Below, in pieces: positions 39,573 to 50,198 of a stretch of 64,000 bases of DNA. This DNA comes from an uncultured cyanobacterium (GTDB lineage Bacteria; Cyanobacteriota; Cyanobacteriia; Cyanobacteriales; Nostocaceae). Below the pieces are notes generated by a model, which saw only the letters and a list, made by a program, of their open reading frames with translations, was not told the origin of the DNA and did not search any database. The position numbers and the translations under genes are program-made. Positions within the stretch are counted from its first letter, which is position 1. Each line of letters begins with the position of its first letter. The stretch spans positions 352,001 to 416,000 of the forward strand of contig CAVUDP010000004.1 of assembly GCA_963740315.1 (NCBI GenBank). The letters run 5' to 3'.

Positions 39573-40661
39573 ATGACAGATTTACCACCCAACCCTCAAA
39601 ATGCTGAAAATCAACCAAACCAAGAACTATCTCAAGAATTATTGCGAAAACTAAGGCAAAAAGAAGGAAACTGGGTGGAATGGGGACAAGCTTGTGCTTA
39701 TCTACAAAAATCTGGTTATAATCCTCAAGATATTTTTGAAGCCACGGGTTTTGAACCAATTCAGCAAAATCAAATTATTGTTGGTTCTCAAGTTTATAAT
39801 TCCTTAGAAAAAGGTGGTGCTTCGGAGGAAGCAAAATCCCATTACTCGCAACGAGGAAGCGATTTACTGTACGAGTTTCGGATGCTTACTCAAGAAGAAC
39901 GTGCGGGTGCTGCCGAGCTTGCTTTTGAGCATAAAACTGATGCAGATGAAGTCAAAGAAATAGCCAGAGCAATCAAAGATTATTCTCGTTTGCGTAATTT
40001 ACCTGAAGGGTTTTCCGCACATCCGGGGGATGCGGTGGCTTATCAAACTTGGAAACAAGCCAGACAAAAATCAGATTTACAAATGCGATCGCGCTTTATC
40101 GCCAAGGGTTTAAAGTTCGCTCATACGGATACGGCGCGGAAAAAAATCGAACAGCTATTAACTGACTTTACAGTTGTTCCCCAACGTCCCGCACCGCTGT
40201 TACCCTTTTACCGACTGGAATCCGAAGCGGAAATGTCTCGCGTGGTTCCCGTGGTAGGAGAGTTACCGCTGACACCAGATGATTTAAAAGCGGTTCCGAT
40301 CGTGGAAGAAGAAGGACCATTTAACATGGTGAAATTTGAGGGTATTGGCGCGTGGGTACCCTTACCCGGTTGGCAAGTAGTGTTGAATGCCAAAGATCCG
40401 GTAGTAATATTGTGTCAAAATCATAAGTTTCCCAACGAAGAGCAGAATATTGCACAGCAAGTGATGGTAGCCGTAGATCGTTCTCAAAGAAAATGGGATG
40501 ATGGCGGTTATTTCGTAGTCAATAATTCCGGAGAATTAGATTTTCAATGGTTTGAAACCGAACCAGAAGTAGAAATATTAGGAAGATTGATTGTCATCGT
40601 CAAGCCGAAGCGGATTTTGGACGAAGAATTTACCAAAGATTCTTGGCAGATTGATGAGTAG
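39573..40661 (+). CDS. raf1: RuBisCO accumulation factor 1
   Basis: LRQKEGNWVEWG, IFEATGFEPIQQNQ, C-terminal WQIDE. Confidence 0.92.
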   Translation: MTDLPPNPQNAENQPNQELSQELLRKLRQKEGNWVEWGQACAYLQKSGYNPQDIFEATGFEPIQQNQIIVGSQVYNSLEKGGASEEAKSHYSQRGSDLLYEFRMLTQEERAGAAELAFEHKTDADEVKEIARAIKDYSRLRNLPEGFSAHPGDAVAYQTWKQARQKSDLQMRSRFIAKGLKFAHTDTARKKIEQLLTDFTVVPQRPAPLLPFYRLESEAEMSRVVPVVGELPLTPDDLKAVPIVEEEGPFNMVKFEGIGAWVPLPGWQVVLNAKDPVVILCQNHKFPNEEQNIAQQVMVAVDRSQRKWDDGGYFVVNNSGELDFQWFETEPEVEILGRLIVIVKPKRILDEEFTKDSWQIDE

Positions 40662-40770
40662 TTAGGAGTACTTCGACAAGTCTTACAGTGAGCTACGTCG
40701 AACTGCTCAGTAACCTTTAGGAATTAGGAGTTAGGAGTTAGGAATTAGGAATTAAAAGTTACTTTCTCCT

Positions 40771-40946
40771 TGTCTCCCCATCTCCCCATCCCCCCATCTC
40801 CCCCTCTCCCCATCTCCCCATCTCCCCATCTCCCCATCTCCCCATCCCCCCATCTCCCCCTCTCCCCATCTCCCCATCTCCCCATCTCCCCATCTCCCCA
40901 TCCCCCCATCTCCCCCTCTCCCCATCTCCCCCTCTCCCTATCTCCC
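40771..40946. repeat. Octamer tandem repeat (ccccatct)n between convergent genes
   Basis: Direct inspection. Confidence 0.9.
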
Positions 40947-41966
40947 ATACTTCCGGGGAAGCGTAATTACAAACTCCGTACCAATTCCGGGGGTGGAATG
41001 ACATTCCAATTTACCCTTGTGTTTGTCAACAATAATTTGATAGCTTGTGGATAATCCCAAACCCGTTCCTTTGCCGACGGGTTTAGTTGTAAAAAAGGGA
41101 TTAAATATTTTTTTCTGGATTTCTTTTGTTATTCCCATGCCATTGTCAGCAATTTTTATTAATATCAAGTCTTCTCTAGTTTCAGTGCTGATTTTGATTT
41201 GAGGATTTGATGATTCTTCCAAAGCATCAATGGCATTAATAATAATATTCATAAATACTTGATTCAATTGTCTGGCGTAGCATTCCACGCGGGGAAGATT
41301 GCCGTATTCTGTAATTATTTGAATTTCTGAATGGTTTGATGCTTTAAGTTTGTTTTGTAAAATCATTAAAGTGCTATCTAAACCATCTTGAATGTCAACT
41401 TTTTTGATTTCTGATTCATCTAGATGAGAAAAGTTGCGTAAAGATAAAACAATTTTTTCGATGCGTTCGGCACCAACTCTCATAGAATTTAAAAGTTTAG
41501 GAAAATCTTCTTTAATAAAATCAAGTTCTGCGGCTTGGATTTCTGCTTGTAGTGCAGGAGTAGGGTTTGGAGAATATTTCTGATAAGATTCTAATAAATT
41601 AAATAAATCTTCAACGTATTCTTCAACGTGAGTGAGATTGCCATAAATGAAGCTGATAGGGTTGTTGATTTCGTGAGCAACACCAGCAACCATTACTCCT
41701 AAAGCAGACATTTTTTCAGATTCCACTAATTGCGCTTGCATTGCTTGTAAATTTTGCAAAGCTTGCTCTAAGTCTTGACTACGCTGTTCTACAATTTCTT
41801 TTGATTCCCCTAATTCAAAGATCACTTTTTTAAGCAATAGTTCTTTTTTATCATTGCTTTCTTCTAAGAAAACCAGATTAGATTGGGAACGTTCTAACTT
41901 TTTTTGCAAAACCCGATTGGCTTTTTCTAATTCCTTGATTCTTTGCTCGTATTCTTCGGATTTCAC
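40938..41966 (-). CDS. Cytoplasmic histidine kinase (HisKA + HATPase, coiled-coil N-terminus)
   Basis: AHEINNP H-box, NQVFMN, DNGMG, FFTTKPVGKGTGLGL. Confidence 0.92.
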   Translation of the reverse strand: MKSEEYEQRIKELEKANRVLQKKLERSQSNLVFLEESNDKKELLLKKVIFELGESKEIVEQRSQDLEQALQNLQAMQAQLVESEKMSALGVMVAGVAHEINNPISFIYGNLTHVEEYVEDLFNLLESYQKYSPNPTPALQAEIQAAELDFIKEDFPKLLNSMRVGAERIEKIVLSLRNFSHLDESEIKKVDIQDGLDSTLMILQNKLKASNHSEIQIITEYGNLPRVECYARQLNQVFMNIIINAIDALEESSNPQIKISTETREDLILIKIADNGMGITKEIQKKIFNPFFTTKPVGKGTGLGLSTSYQIIVDKHKGKLECHSTPGIGTEFVITLPRKYGR

Positions 41967-41972
41967 GATCGC

Positions 41973-43127
41973 CTACTCCACTCCTAGAAGTAATGTCATA
42001 AAAGTCTGGTGATGCAATCTACTGGATGTACCGTTTTCTAAAGGCGAAATTTCGCCATTGGAGTAAAAACCGCAACATGGAAAATCGTGGCTGAAAATAG
42101 TTCTAGCAAATTGATACTCTTCGTTTGTTCGGGTACCCAGCAGTTGTTGACGAGCAGTACAAGAAAAGAATATAGCAGTTTGCGGTTGAGTTCCAGGATA
42201 AGTTTCCAAAGCTTTGGTAATTGATGTTTTTGCAGCAGCTAAAATATCTTCACGACTTGCTTGAGCAATTTGCACTATAGATTGTTCGGGAATTCTGGCA
42301 AAACAATTGATCTGCTTAGTTTCGGGGTTGTACACGTGTACTGCTCGCGTATAAAAATTATTAGTTTGCGAGTCAAATACTGCTAAAGGATATTCGGGTG
42401 AAGGCAGAAGTTTATCCAAATAATTATTGTAAAAATCCAAAGCAGGTTTACGATCTATTTCATAGATAATATCTTTCTCAATTTTGGTAACTACAGCTTT
42501 TCTACTGATAGGATGCCAACCGTTTGCAACACCGTGAGAAAACAATAAGTTTCCCGAAAATAGTAGAATTGGAACCGAATCGCTCAAAACTTCGGTATTA
42601 AAAAATTGGTAGGTTTGATTAAATTGTAATTGGTCGCCAGCTAATCCACCTAAAATAGGAAAATTATCGCCGAGCGCTAGTTTCAAGCCATCTACAATCA
42701 AAGTTCCATCCGCTGTCAGACTATCGGGAGTTGCTAAACACAACTGATGAGACTTTAATTGGCTTTTAGCTTGTGCTTGTTCGACTGCTTGTTTTGTAGC
42801 TGCAACCGAATCCTTAGAAAGTCCCCTTCCGACACCCGCACGAATTTCCACCTCATCCGAACAAAACAGCATCAAAGTTAAAGAATCTTGCTCAAACTCT
42901 AATACCGAAGAAATCTCAGCATCTGAGGTACAGCCAATTAACTCAATTCCGGGAAAAGCTCGATCGATTTCTTGTAATAGAAGGGAATGCTCGAAATCAA
43001 TTGCAGCAAATAAAATTCCAGCAGCAGGGGTATCTCCGGCTAAAGTCATTTGACATTGTTCTAATACTTCTATGATGGCAGAATAGGAATCTGGATCGTT
43101 ACTGTGACCAACAACTACCTTAAACAT
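41973..43127 (-). CDS. FIST-domain sensor (NosP-like)
   Basis: LIGCTS, ILGGLAGD, FSCTAR, GFYSNGEI, HHQT FIST motifs; 6 bp from the kinase. Confidence 0.88.
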   Translation of the reverse strand: MFKVVVGHSNDPDSYSAIIEVLEQCQMTLAGDTPAAGILFAAIDFEHSLLLQEIDRAFPGIELIGCTSDAEISSVLEFEQDSLTLMLFCSDEVEIRAGVGRGLSKDSVAATKQAVEQAQAKSQLKSHQLCLATPDSLTADGTLIVDGLKLALGDNFPILGGLAGDQLQFNQTYQFFNTEVLSDSVPILLFSGNLLFSHGVANGWHPISRKAVVTKIEKDIIYEIDRKPALDFYNNYLDKLLPSPEYPLAVFDSQTNNFYTRAVHVYNPETKQINCFARIPEQSIVQIAQASREDILAAAKTSITKALETYPGTQPQTAIFFSCTARQQLLGTRTNEEYQFARTIFSHDFPCCGFYSNGEISPLENGTSSRLHHQTFMTLLLGVE

Positions 43128-43366
43128 ATATGCACCTCTGTATTTCTTGAGATAAGATTATTGTTCCCTGATTTGCAAGCACAGTTACAGGTAGGCTGGT
43201 ATTTAATGTAGTTAGGAGTTAGGAGTTAAGAGTTAAGAGTTAGTAAATTTAGGGTGTGTTACAGCTAGAGAAATATTGTTTTTATTAATAGATGGAACCG
43301 ATTCGCACCATTATATGTAGGTAAAGTTGAAAATTTAATCCTAAATTATTTAGTAACTCAAAAATC

Positions 43367-45979
43367 TTACTGCTGCGGAACTCGAACAAATTTACAACTA
43401 TCTTGAGATGTGTTGGTGTCACATTTTACTTGAACTAGTACGCCGATTTCAGCATTATTTTCGGGGGTAATGCGGCGATCGCCATTTTCGTCAAATTCTA
43501 CTTTTCCTGTTGCACCTTGAACGGAGAAATCAGGTACGGATAACTCCTTTTGCAGTCCTTCGCGAGTTGGATTGTTACCCGTGCGTCGCAAACCTTCGAC
43601 AATTGTCATAGTCGCATCGTATCCCATAGCAGTCCGTCCATTAATTTTTGCATCCCAAAGCGCGAATGCATCGCTTTCAAATTTACTGGGGTTTTCATCA
43701 TTTCGATGCCAATACATCGCACTCACCATATTTTCAGCAAATTTATTCAGAATTTTTTCGCTATACATTGCTGTTCCACCTAACAAAAATAATTTCTTAG
43801 GATGCTTGTTATTAAGGTAAAAAAGCTTCAGAGCCACATCAAGGGTATTTTTATTAATTTCAGGCAAAAACAGCATTACTTCTGCTTCTTGTTTGATTGC
43901 ATTGTCTAAACAACTTTCTGCTCTAAAGAAGCCGTTAAGCTCACATTTGTGAACAACTGCACCACCTTTTTCTTTTAAATCCTTTTGAAATAATTGATAG
44001 GCAGATTTACTCCATTCACGGTCAACATAAACTATGGCGGCTTTTTTATAACCTTTTGTATCCACCATATATTCAACTAATTCTTTAACAACGCCCGGAG
44101 GTACGCGAAATACCCATTCACTAAAGTTTAATCCGTTTTTATTAATTTTAGACTTTCTGGAAGCGTTACTAGTAGCAGAAACCGCTACAATTTTACCGTC
44201 GTATATTTTGCCTGCTTGTAAAGTTGAACTACTAGAATAATGACCTGCAACTGCTAAAATATCTTGGTTTTCCACCAATTTTTGAGCTACATTTTCGACT
44301 ACAGATTTATCATCTTTATCATCAACAATCATTACCTGCAATAGTCTGCCATTAATCCCACCCTTACAATTGATTTCATTTTGAGCCTGTGCAACTCCTC
44401 GCAATATATCTCGTGCAATGTGAGATTCTGCACTAATAGGAACAGGAAGGGCAATTTTAAAAACTTTTTTAATATTATTTTGGACAGAACAAGCATTTAA
44501 ATTTGATTTTAAACTTTTTGGAACTGGAAGAAGATTAATTTTTGAGAATTCCTTAGCAATTGCATTATTCAGATAAACTAAGGTTTCTGGGTCGTTAGGT
44601 TTATTATCCAAAGATTTCTTAAAATATTCGGCAGCCTCAAGGAAGTTTTTATTTGCAAAAGCTTGGACACCGGCATCTTTATTAGAAGTGGAATCATAAC
44701 TAATTAGTACTTTTTCTCCCCAACTGAAATTTTCGCCTAAGTCGTTATTATTTGGTTTAGGTTCTGCTTGTGCTGTTTCCTTTTTCTGAAGAGTTTCTGG
44801 AGAATCTGTTGAGATAATATTAGGAAAAATTTTATATCCTAAGAAAAGTCCTAACATTACCGCCCCTACTATCCCAGCTACAACTGCTATTTTCTTGAAT
44901 GGTAATGAAGGTTCAGGCCAAATTAAAGGAGATGCTGCGGGGTTTTGACAAATTACTGGCAACCAAGTAGCACAGGGAAAATCTTCTTCCATCCATTCGA
45001 GACGTTGGCGGGCATTTCTTACTGCTAAATATAAAGAATGTCCCCCTGAAAAATCTTCTAAAAAATATTGCAAAAAGTGTCGCGCTACCTCATCGGGTAC
45101 TGGCTCGCGCATCACAATCATTTGCGGAACTCTCACACTACTTAATTCATCCGCTAAACCCAAACCATCGCAAGAATTAAAAATTGTTAATTTTAAACCG
45201 TTATTGACAGCAGTTGTTAAAGAATGTTTTAACAGATTTAAGGAAATACTCTCGCTGTCGTTAATTTGAATTTCTCCAGTTTTACATTCTTCTCCAGAAG
45301 AACTATGCCCCGCAAAAAACAGAATATCCCAATGTTGATTCCACAAGCTCTCACTTAATTCTTTTTTTTGAGGTTGTTCTAACCAAGTAATTTTTGCTCC
45401 CCGACTGCGTAATTTTGCGATCAATTCTCTGTCTGAAGATAAATCTAGTCCTTCGCTACCGCCAAAAATAGCCAGAATCTTCACCGGGCGTTTTAAAGGT
45501 TCTGTAGGGGGTGCATACTCGGCACTTAAGGCAAATTCAGCACGGGGACGATTGTGAAATAGTTGCCATAAATGCCAAGGAAGCTTTTTTAAATAAATAT
45601 TATTAGTATCAATAATTACTCTTATCGATTCATCTGGCTGTGTTCTTGCTTCTATTCTTACCTGTAGTTTTTCCCAAGCAAGCTGAGTAAACCAATTGCT
45701 CAAATATCTCTCAAGTCTATACCTAGCCTCATTTTCATCGTCAATGACAGAAACATGAGTAACTTGAGCGTTAGAGACATCAATTTGTCTAATAGTTTCA
45801 CCCAATTCGCGGTATCTATCTCGCCATTCTTGATATAAGCGAGGAATATCGGGTGCAGGAGGAAGCGTAACCCTTTCTCTATAAGATGTTGGACCACCAT
45901 CTTCGCCAATTCCGAGGCTTACAGGAAAACCTTGCTCAAAACTGCCTTCGTCAATATTCAATACAACAAATTTGCTCAT
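43367..45979 (-). CDS. CHAT (caspase-like) domain - TM - TPR - periplasmic LivJ-like ligand-binding domain protein
   Basis: LPWHLW, FFAGHSS, IFNSCDG (His/Cys dyad); single TM near aa 363-385; GGINGR, GHYSSS, GYDA, GATGKVEFDENGDR. Confidence 0.88.
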   Translation of the reverse strand: MSKFVVLNIDEGSFEQGFPVSLGIGEDGGPTSYRERVTLPPAPDIPRLYQEWRDRYRELGETIRQIDVSNAQVTHVSVIDDENEARYRLERYLSNWFTQLAWEKLQVRIEARTQPDESIRVIIDTNNIYLKKLPWHLWQLFHNRPRAEFALSAEYAPPTEPLKRPVKILAIFGGSEGLDLSSDRELIAKLRSRGAKITWLEQPQKKELSESLWNQHWDILFFAGHSSSGEECKTGEIQINDSESISLNLLKHSLTTAVNNGLKLTIFNSCDGLGLADELSSVRVPQMIVMREPVPDEVARHFLQYFLEDFSGGHSLYLAVRNARQRLEWMEEDFPCATWLPVICQNPAASPLIWPEPSLPFKKIAVVAGIVGAVMLGLFLGYKIFPNIISTDSPETLQKKETAQAEPKPNNNDLGENFSWGEKVLISYDSTSNKDAGVQAFANKNFLEAAEYFKKSLDNKPNDPETLVYLNNAIAKEFSKINLLPVPKSLKSNLNACSVQNNIKKVFKIALPVPISAESHIARDILRGVAQAQNEINCKGGINGRLLQVMIVDDKDDKSVVENVAQKLVENQDILAVAGHYSSSSTLQAGKIYDGKIVAVSATSNASRKSKINKNGLNFSEWVFRVPPGVVKELVEYMVDTKGYKKAAIVYVDREWSKSAYQLFQKDLKEKGGAVVHKCELNGFFRAESCLDNAIKQEAEVMLFLPEINKNTLDVALKLFYLNNKHPKKLFLLGGTAMYSEKILNKFAENMVSAMYWHRNDENPSKFESDAFALWDAKINGRTAMGYDATMTIVEGLRRTGNNPTREGLQKELSVPDFSVQGATGKVEFDENGDRRITPENNAEIGVLVQVKCDTNTSQDSCKFVRVPQQ

Positions 45980-46205
45980 GACGGTTAAGAAGTAATGATT
46001 TTTAAAGGTTTTAGTCTAATTTTATTACAGTAATTATACTGAAGAATCGATAGTAAATGCTAATGTTCCAATTTACAACTATTTTACAAATATAGAGACG
46101 CGATATATCGCGTCTCTACAAATAGAAAATATAAATAAAATTAGTGTCAAATATGACATTTATTTTGAGAGATAAAAATTGCTAATTATATGCAGACGTA
46201 AATAA

Positions 46206-47294
46206 TTAGATAACAAAACTCTCAGTAATATTGGCATCCCCTAAAGCAACTTGAATATTAAAGCGATCGCCTAATTCAGCGGTAAATTTAAACTGAATAT
46301 AGTTATCTTTACTTCTAGCTTGTACTGTAAAAAACGAGCTTCCGGCTACATCTAAACCGCTCAGTTGCAATCCTTGAGGAAGATAATTGCGATCGCCTCC
46401 TGGATATACTCTAATTAAAATTGCCATACTATCATCAGGTTTGGGTAAAATTGCTACCATCAAAGCAATCGCGTTTTTACCAAAATGCATACCTAAATCA
46501 ATAGCCTTTCTTATTCCACCTGCGGGATTTTTGGGATTGATTTCCCACAATAATTCTGTAGCTTTCCAGCGAATTTCTTCGTTATCGGTATTTTTTAACA
46601 GGTGAATTAGAGCTTTTTCGGAATCTCGATCGAGTTTATTTATCTGATTTTGGCTGGCATACAATTGCGCTACAGCATCTTTCATTTTGTCGGAATTATC
46701 AATTTCAGAGGGAATATCCGCAAACACGAAAAGGGGATGAGTTTTTTGCGTACCGATTATTTCTTCTACACTTTGCCAAGCTGTATCAATAATATTTTCC
46801 AACCATTGACTCAGCTGCATTATTTCATCTTTATGTAAGGCTACAAGTAAGTTATCCAACGATCGTAATTTTTTGACATCAAGCATAGTGCTGTTGACTT
46901 GCGGTACAAAACCTAATAAGGTTCCTTGTTTGCAGTCGCGATCGAACTGTACTACAACATAGCCGATGCGGTTATTCCAGACATCTTCGGAAACATAACA
47001 AGTATCATCATCTATCTGAATTGGACGACATTCTAAATGTCCTTTTTCTAATAAATTTAAGTCAGCAATATTGGTACTTACTCTAGCAACAGCATTCCAA
47101 CTATGACTCTGTTGTAATGAAGTTGGTACATCTAACATTTGTAAATAGTTATTAGTTACCAATACCGCCAACGTATTATAGTAAACTTGCAAAGATTTTT
47201 CCGAATTCGATTGTTCTCTAGCAAATTGCTCTGCTTTGTTTCGGTTGGCTTGAGTAATAGGAACGGAAATAGTTAGCTGTTCTGTTGATAACAT
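46206..47294 (-). CDS. DUF1822 family protein
   Basis: VYYNTLAV, LECRP, RIGYVVVQF..LLGF, QLSQWL, DNYIQFKF..GDRF. Confidence 0.85.
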   Translation of the reverse strand: MLSTEQLTISVPITQANRNKAEQFAREQSNSEKSLQVYYNTLAVLVTNNYLQMLDVPTSLQQSHSWNAVARVSTNIADLNLLEKGHLECRPIQIDDDTCYVSEDVWNNRIGYVVVQFDRDCKQGTLLGFVPQVNSTMLDVKKLRSLDNLLVALHKDEIMQLSQWLENIIDTAWQSVEEIIGTQKTHPLFVFADIPSEIDNSDKMKDAVAQLYASQNQINKLDRDSEKALIHLLKNTDNEEIRWKATELLWEINPKNPAGGIRKAIDLGMHFGKNAIALMVAILPKPDDSMAILIRVYPGGDRNYLPQGLQLSGLDVAGSSFFTVQARSKDNYIQFKFTAELGDRFNIQVALGDANITESFVI

Positions 47295-47321
47295 TAGTAA
47301 ATACCTTATTGTTTGTTTTTG

Positions 47322-47969
47322 CTATGTATCTATATATCCTTGCGCTCTGCCAAAAGCCAGTAGACAAGGAAGACATTTGTGGTTGTAAAAATGGTTAAGA
47401 GTGCTTTCTCTTCTACCAAATTTTTCGGCTAATTCGCGCCAAGTTTTTGCATCTGGCGGTAGTTTGTGCTGAAACAACACCTGACAGTTGATATGTGGAG
47501 ATTCCCGCACGTGAAGACTGCGTAATTCACTACCTTGTGTTTCAACCCATTCTAGAGTTTCTTCTAAAATTGGTTGCGGTTTACTTGGTGCAGGTAAATT
47601 ATGTACTGGATCTATAAAGTTTAATTCTTCATGTTTTGATTTAGTTATTCTAGTCTTCTTGTCTTTCGCTATTTCTTGACGAATATCCAAAAGCCTAAAT
47701 TTAAGATGGGAATTAAACCAAGTAATTACACTAGCTTGAGACGCATCATATTTATGGATATTTTTGCAAAACCACAACCAAGTTTGCTGCAATCCATCTT
47801 CATAATATTGGGGGATCAAATCGCCACCCAACCAAATTTTCCCCGACTGCTGCATCTGGAAAATCAACTGATTTAACAACTGCTGATGCTTCAGACTACC
47901 GCGAGGATGCTGACAAACTTCTGTTGCTAATTGGTTGAGTTGCTCGTTTAAACCTTCAGAATGTGCCAT
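47322..47969 (-). CDS. Cyanobacterial sigma-70/ECF-like factor
   Basis: YEDGLQQTWLWFCKNIHKYD..SVITWFN (region-2-like) and C-terminal HTH TWRELAEKFG..TL..FY..KC. Confidence 0.75.
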   Translation of the reverse strand: MAHSEGLNEQLNQLATEVCQHPRGSLKHQQLLNQLIFQMQQSGKIWLGGDLIPQYYEDGLQQTWLWFCKNIHKYDASQASVITWFNSHLKFRLLDIRQEIAKDKKTRITKSKHEELNFIDPVHNLPAPSKPQPILEETLEWVETQGSELRSLHVRESPHINCQVLFQHKLPPDAKTWRELAEKFGRRESTLNHFYNHKCLPCLLAFGRAQGYIDT

Positions 47970-48327
47970 ATGCGTAATGCTAATATATAACTGAAAAACG
48001 ATTGATATATCGGGCGTTGCTCTCGCACGGCTGCTCCTGCAATGGTTTTGAATTTTCTGCATTGTGAGGTTGTCAGACGTAATTCAAAAATTCGCCTCTT
48101 TAATTACAAAACTTCACATTTTTTTTGTAAAATAGCAATTCAGTTTTCTGCAATAATTTGGTGTTAGGGAATACAATTTCAAATATCTCTTCTACTTCAG
48201 AAGTTGTAGGCTGTGTTACGACTCAAAATAATCTTGTTTTTATCAGTCAATAAAAGATGCCGTAATGCACGATAATATCTGATATATCTACAAAACATTT
48301 ATCAACCTTTAACATGCAGACCTTTAT

Positions 48328-50115
48328 TTATTTTTGACAGCGATAAAGTTGATAAGGAATCCCGATTCGATAGTATTGATTAGTATCGAGATTGCAAGAT
48401 AACGATTGAGAAAGTTTAATTTGTTCGGAAAAATCGCGTCGTACTCTTCCTGGTGCAAATATCCACAAATTTAGTTGAGATATATTTTGATTGGGTAATA
48501 TGGAAAGCTTTTCAAAAACAGATTCCCAACTAGAAGTTTGATTTAAAAAAGCAAAAGTTGAATATTTGTTGTTTGCTGCATTGCTATTTTGAAATGTCTG
48601 GGTTTCTCTTTCCAAAGCCAAAGCAAAACTCAAACCCAAAGCGACATCTTGAGAATTTCTATATGCCATTACAGCCATCACAGGAACAGAAGGTTCTTGG
48701 TAAATATTTTGCGCTACCTGTTGGGGTAGATATGGTTTTTGAAAAGCTAAGTCAGAGACAACGAAAGTACTACTAATAAAGCCAACCAGTAAAATAATTG
48801 GTAGTGAGTTTTTTTTGATTTGATATTTGATAAAATCTGATTTTTGCGGGCTTGGGAAACGATCGCCAAGTAATTTATTTCTATTTTCGCGAATCAAACT
48901 AGCTGCAATTAATGCACTGAAACTGGGATAATAAACAAAGTTGTAGCGGGGTGCAACCGTGATATCTTTACCAAGTATGTAAGAAATCGCAAATATTCCT
49001 AATAAAACGAAACTTGTAAAGCTCAATAAAGTTAAAGTAGATATTGTGGATTCTTTTAATAACAGCTTGATTCCTCGAAATACTTTCCACCCCAACCAAC
49101 CCGCAAACAATATCATTAGCAAACCTGAAATAATTATTATTGGTAAAGGTTGCTTTTCTACAGGTAATATAATTACCATCACAATCCAGCTAATCAAGGT
49201 TTGATACAGCGGTTCGATCTGTTGGGGAGTAGGAAGCCAATTGGTTTCGGATCGGTTTAAATGATTTTGCATTACCCTTAACCAAGGATTAATTGCAATG
49301 ACAACTGCACTTGTAGATAAAATTAGTGCTGTAAAGCAATTTCGCAAAGATGTTTTATGGCGATCGAAACCTCTTGAGTGCGAGGAGAAAGGCAATAAAT
49401 TTACGTTTGGAGAAAAACTAAACAAAGAAATCAGCAGCAGCAAGGTAGCAACTTGAGCGATAAAGGCAATAATGCAGAAATAATGAATATAAATACTGAT
49501 ACTATTAATAATTATCCATGTCAGCCAAAGCCAAACCCTAAGCTGTTGACGTTGAATATCTCGCTGAATTTGTATAAGCGCCAACAAAGATAAACTTATC
49601 GTCAGCATTGGTAAAGTATAGTGTCGCGCCTCTTGGGATAAATAAACCGCAAAAGGGGAAACAGCAACAATTGCAGCACCCATCAATCCAGCTTGACGGG
49701 AAAAAGCTAATCTGTTGAGAAAATATACTGCTACAACCAAAGCGACACCAAACAATACAGATGGCGATCGCAATTTATTTACCCAGTCATCACCAAGGGG
49801 AGCAACTAATCCCAACCAAGCATACATTCCGCAAAAAAACAGCGGTGGGTGGGTAGATTCGGTAGCAATATTTTGAGCAATCTGAGGGCAAGTTAACCCA
49901 GGTTGATAACTAAAAATATCGCGCAATTTTTCTACATGGAATACGACATCCAAAGGAATAGAATTATAATTATTACCCGAACTAAAGATGGCTGTAATAA
50001 CTTCATCCATCCACAAAGGTTTTAGTTCCAAATTCCAAAAACGCAAAACAATCGCCAGTGAAATAAAGAAAATTAAACCCAAATAATGTAAATTAAGCTT
50101 CCGATTTGTCATCAT
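48328..50115 (-). CDS. GT-C fold glycosyltransferase (family 39/ArnT-like)
   Basis: LWMDE, HPPLFF, SQEARHY motifs; many TM helices. Confidence 0.85.
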   Translation of the reverse strand: MMTNRKLNLHYLGLIFFISLAIVLRFWNLELKPLWMDEVITAIFSSGNNYNSIPLDVVFHVEKLRDIFSYQPGLTCPQIAQNIATESTHPPLFFCGMYAWLGLVAPLGDDWVNKLRSPSVLFGVALVVAVYFLNRLAFSRQAGLMGAAIVAVSPFAVYLSQEARHYTLPMLTISLSLLALIQIQRDIQRQQLRVWLWLTWIIINSISIYIHYFCIIAFIAQVATLLLLISLFSFSPNVNLLPFSSHSRGFDRHKTSLRNCFTALILSTSAVVIAINPWLRVMQNHLNRSETNWLPTPQQIEPLYQTLISWIVMVIILPVEKQPLPIIIISGLLMILFAGWLGWKVFRGIKLLLKESTISTLTLLSFTSFVLLGIFAISYILGKDITVAPRYNFVYYPSFSALIAASLIRENRNKLLGDRFPSPQKSDFIKYQIKKNSLPIILLVGFISSTFVVSDLAFQKPYLPQQVAQNIYQEPSVPVMAVMAYRNSQDVALGLSFALALERETQTFQNSNAANNKYSTFAFLNQTSSWESVFEKLSILPNQNISQLNLWIFAPGRVRRDFSEQIKLSQSLSCNLDTNQYYRIGIPYQLYRCQK

Positions 50116-50198
50116 TGAATTATTAACTAATTGAGGAAATAACCACTTTTAACTCAAACCGACCTCAATATTTACTTTTAATATAGAAAATCTCTCAT

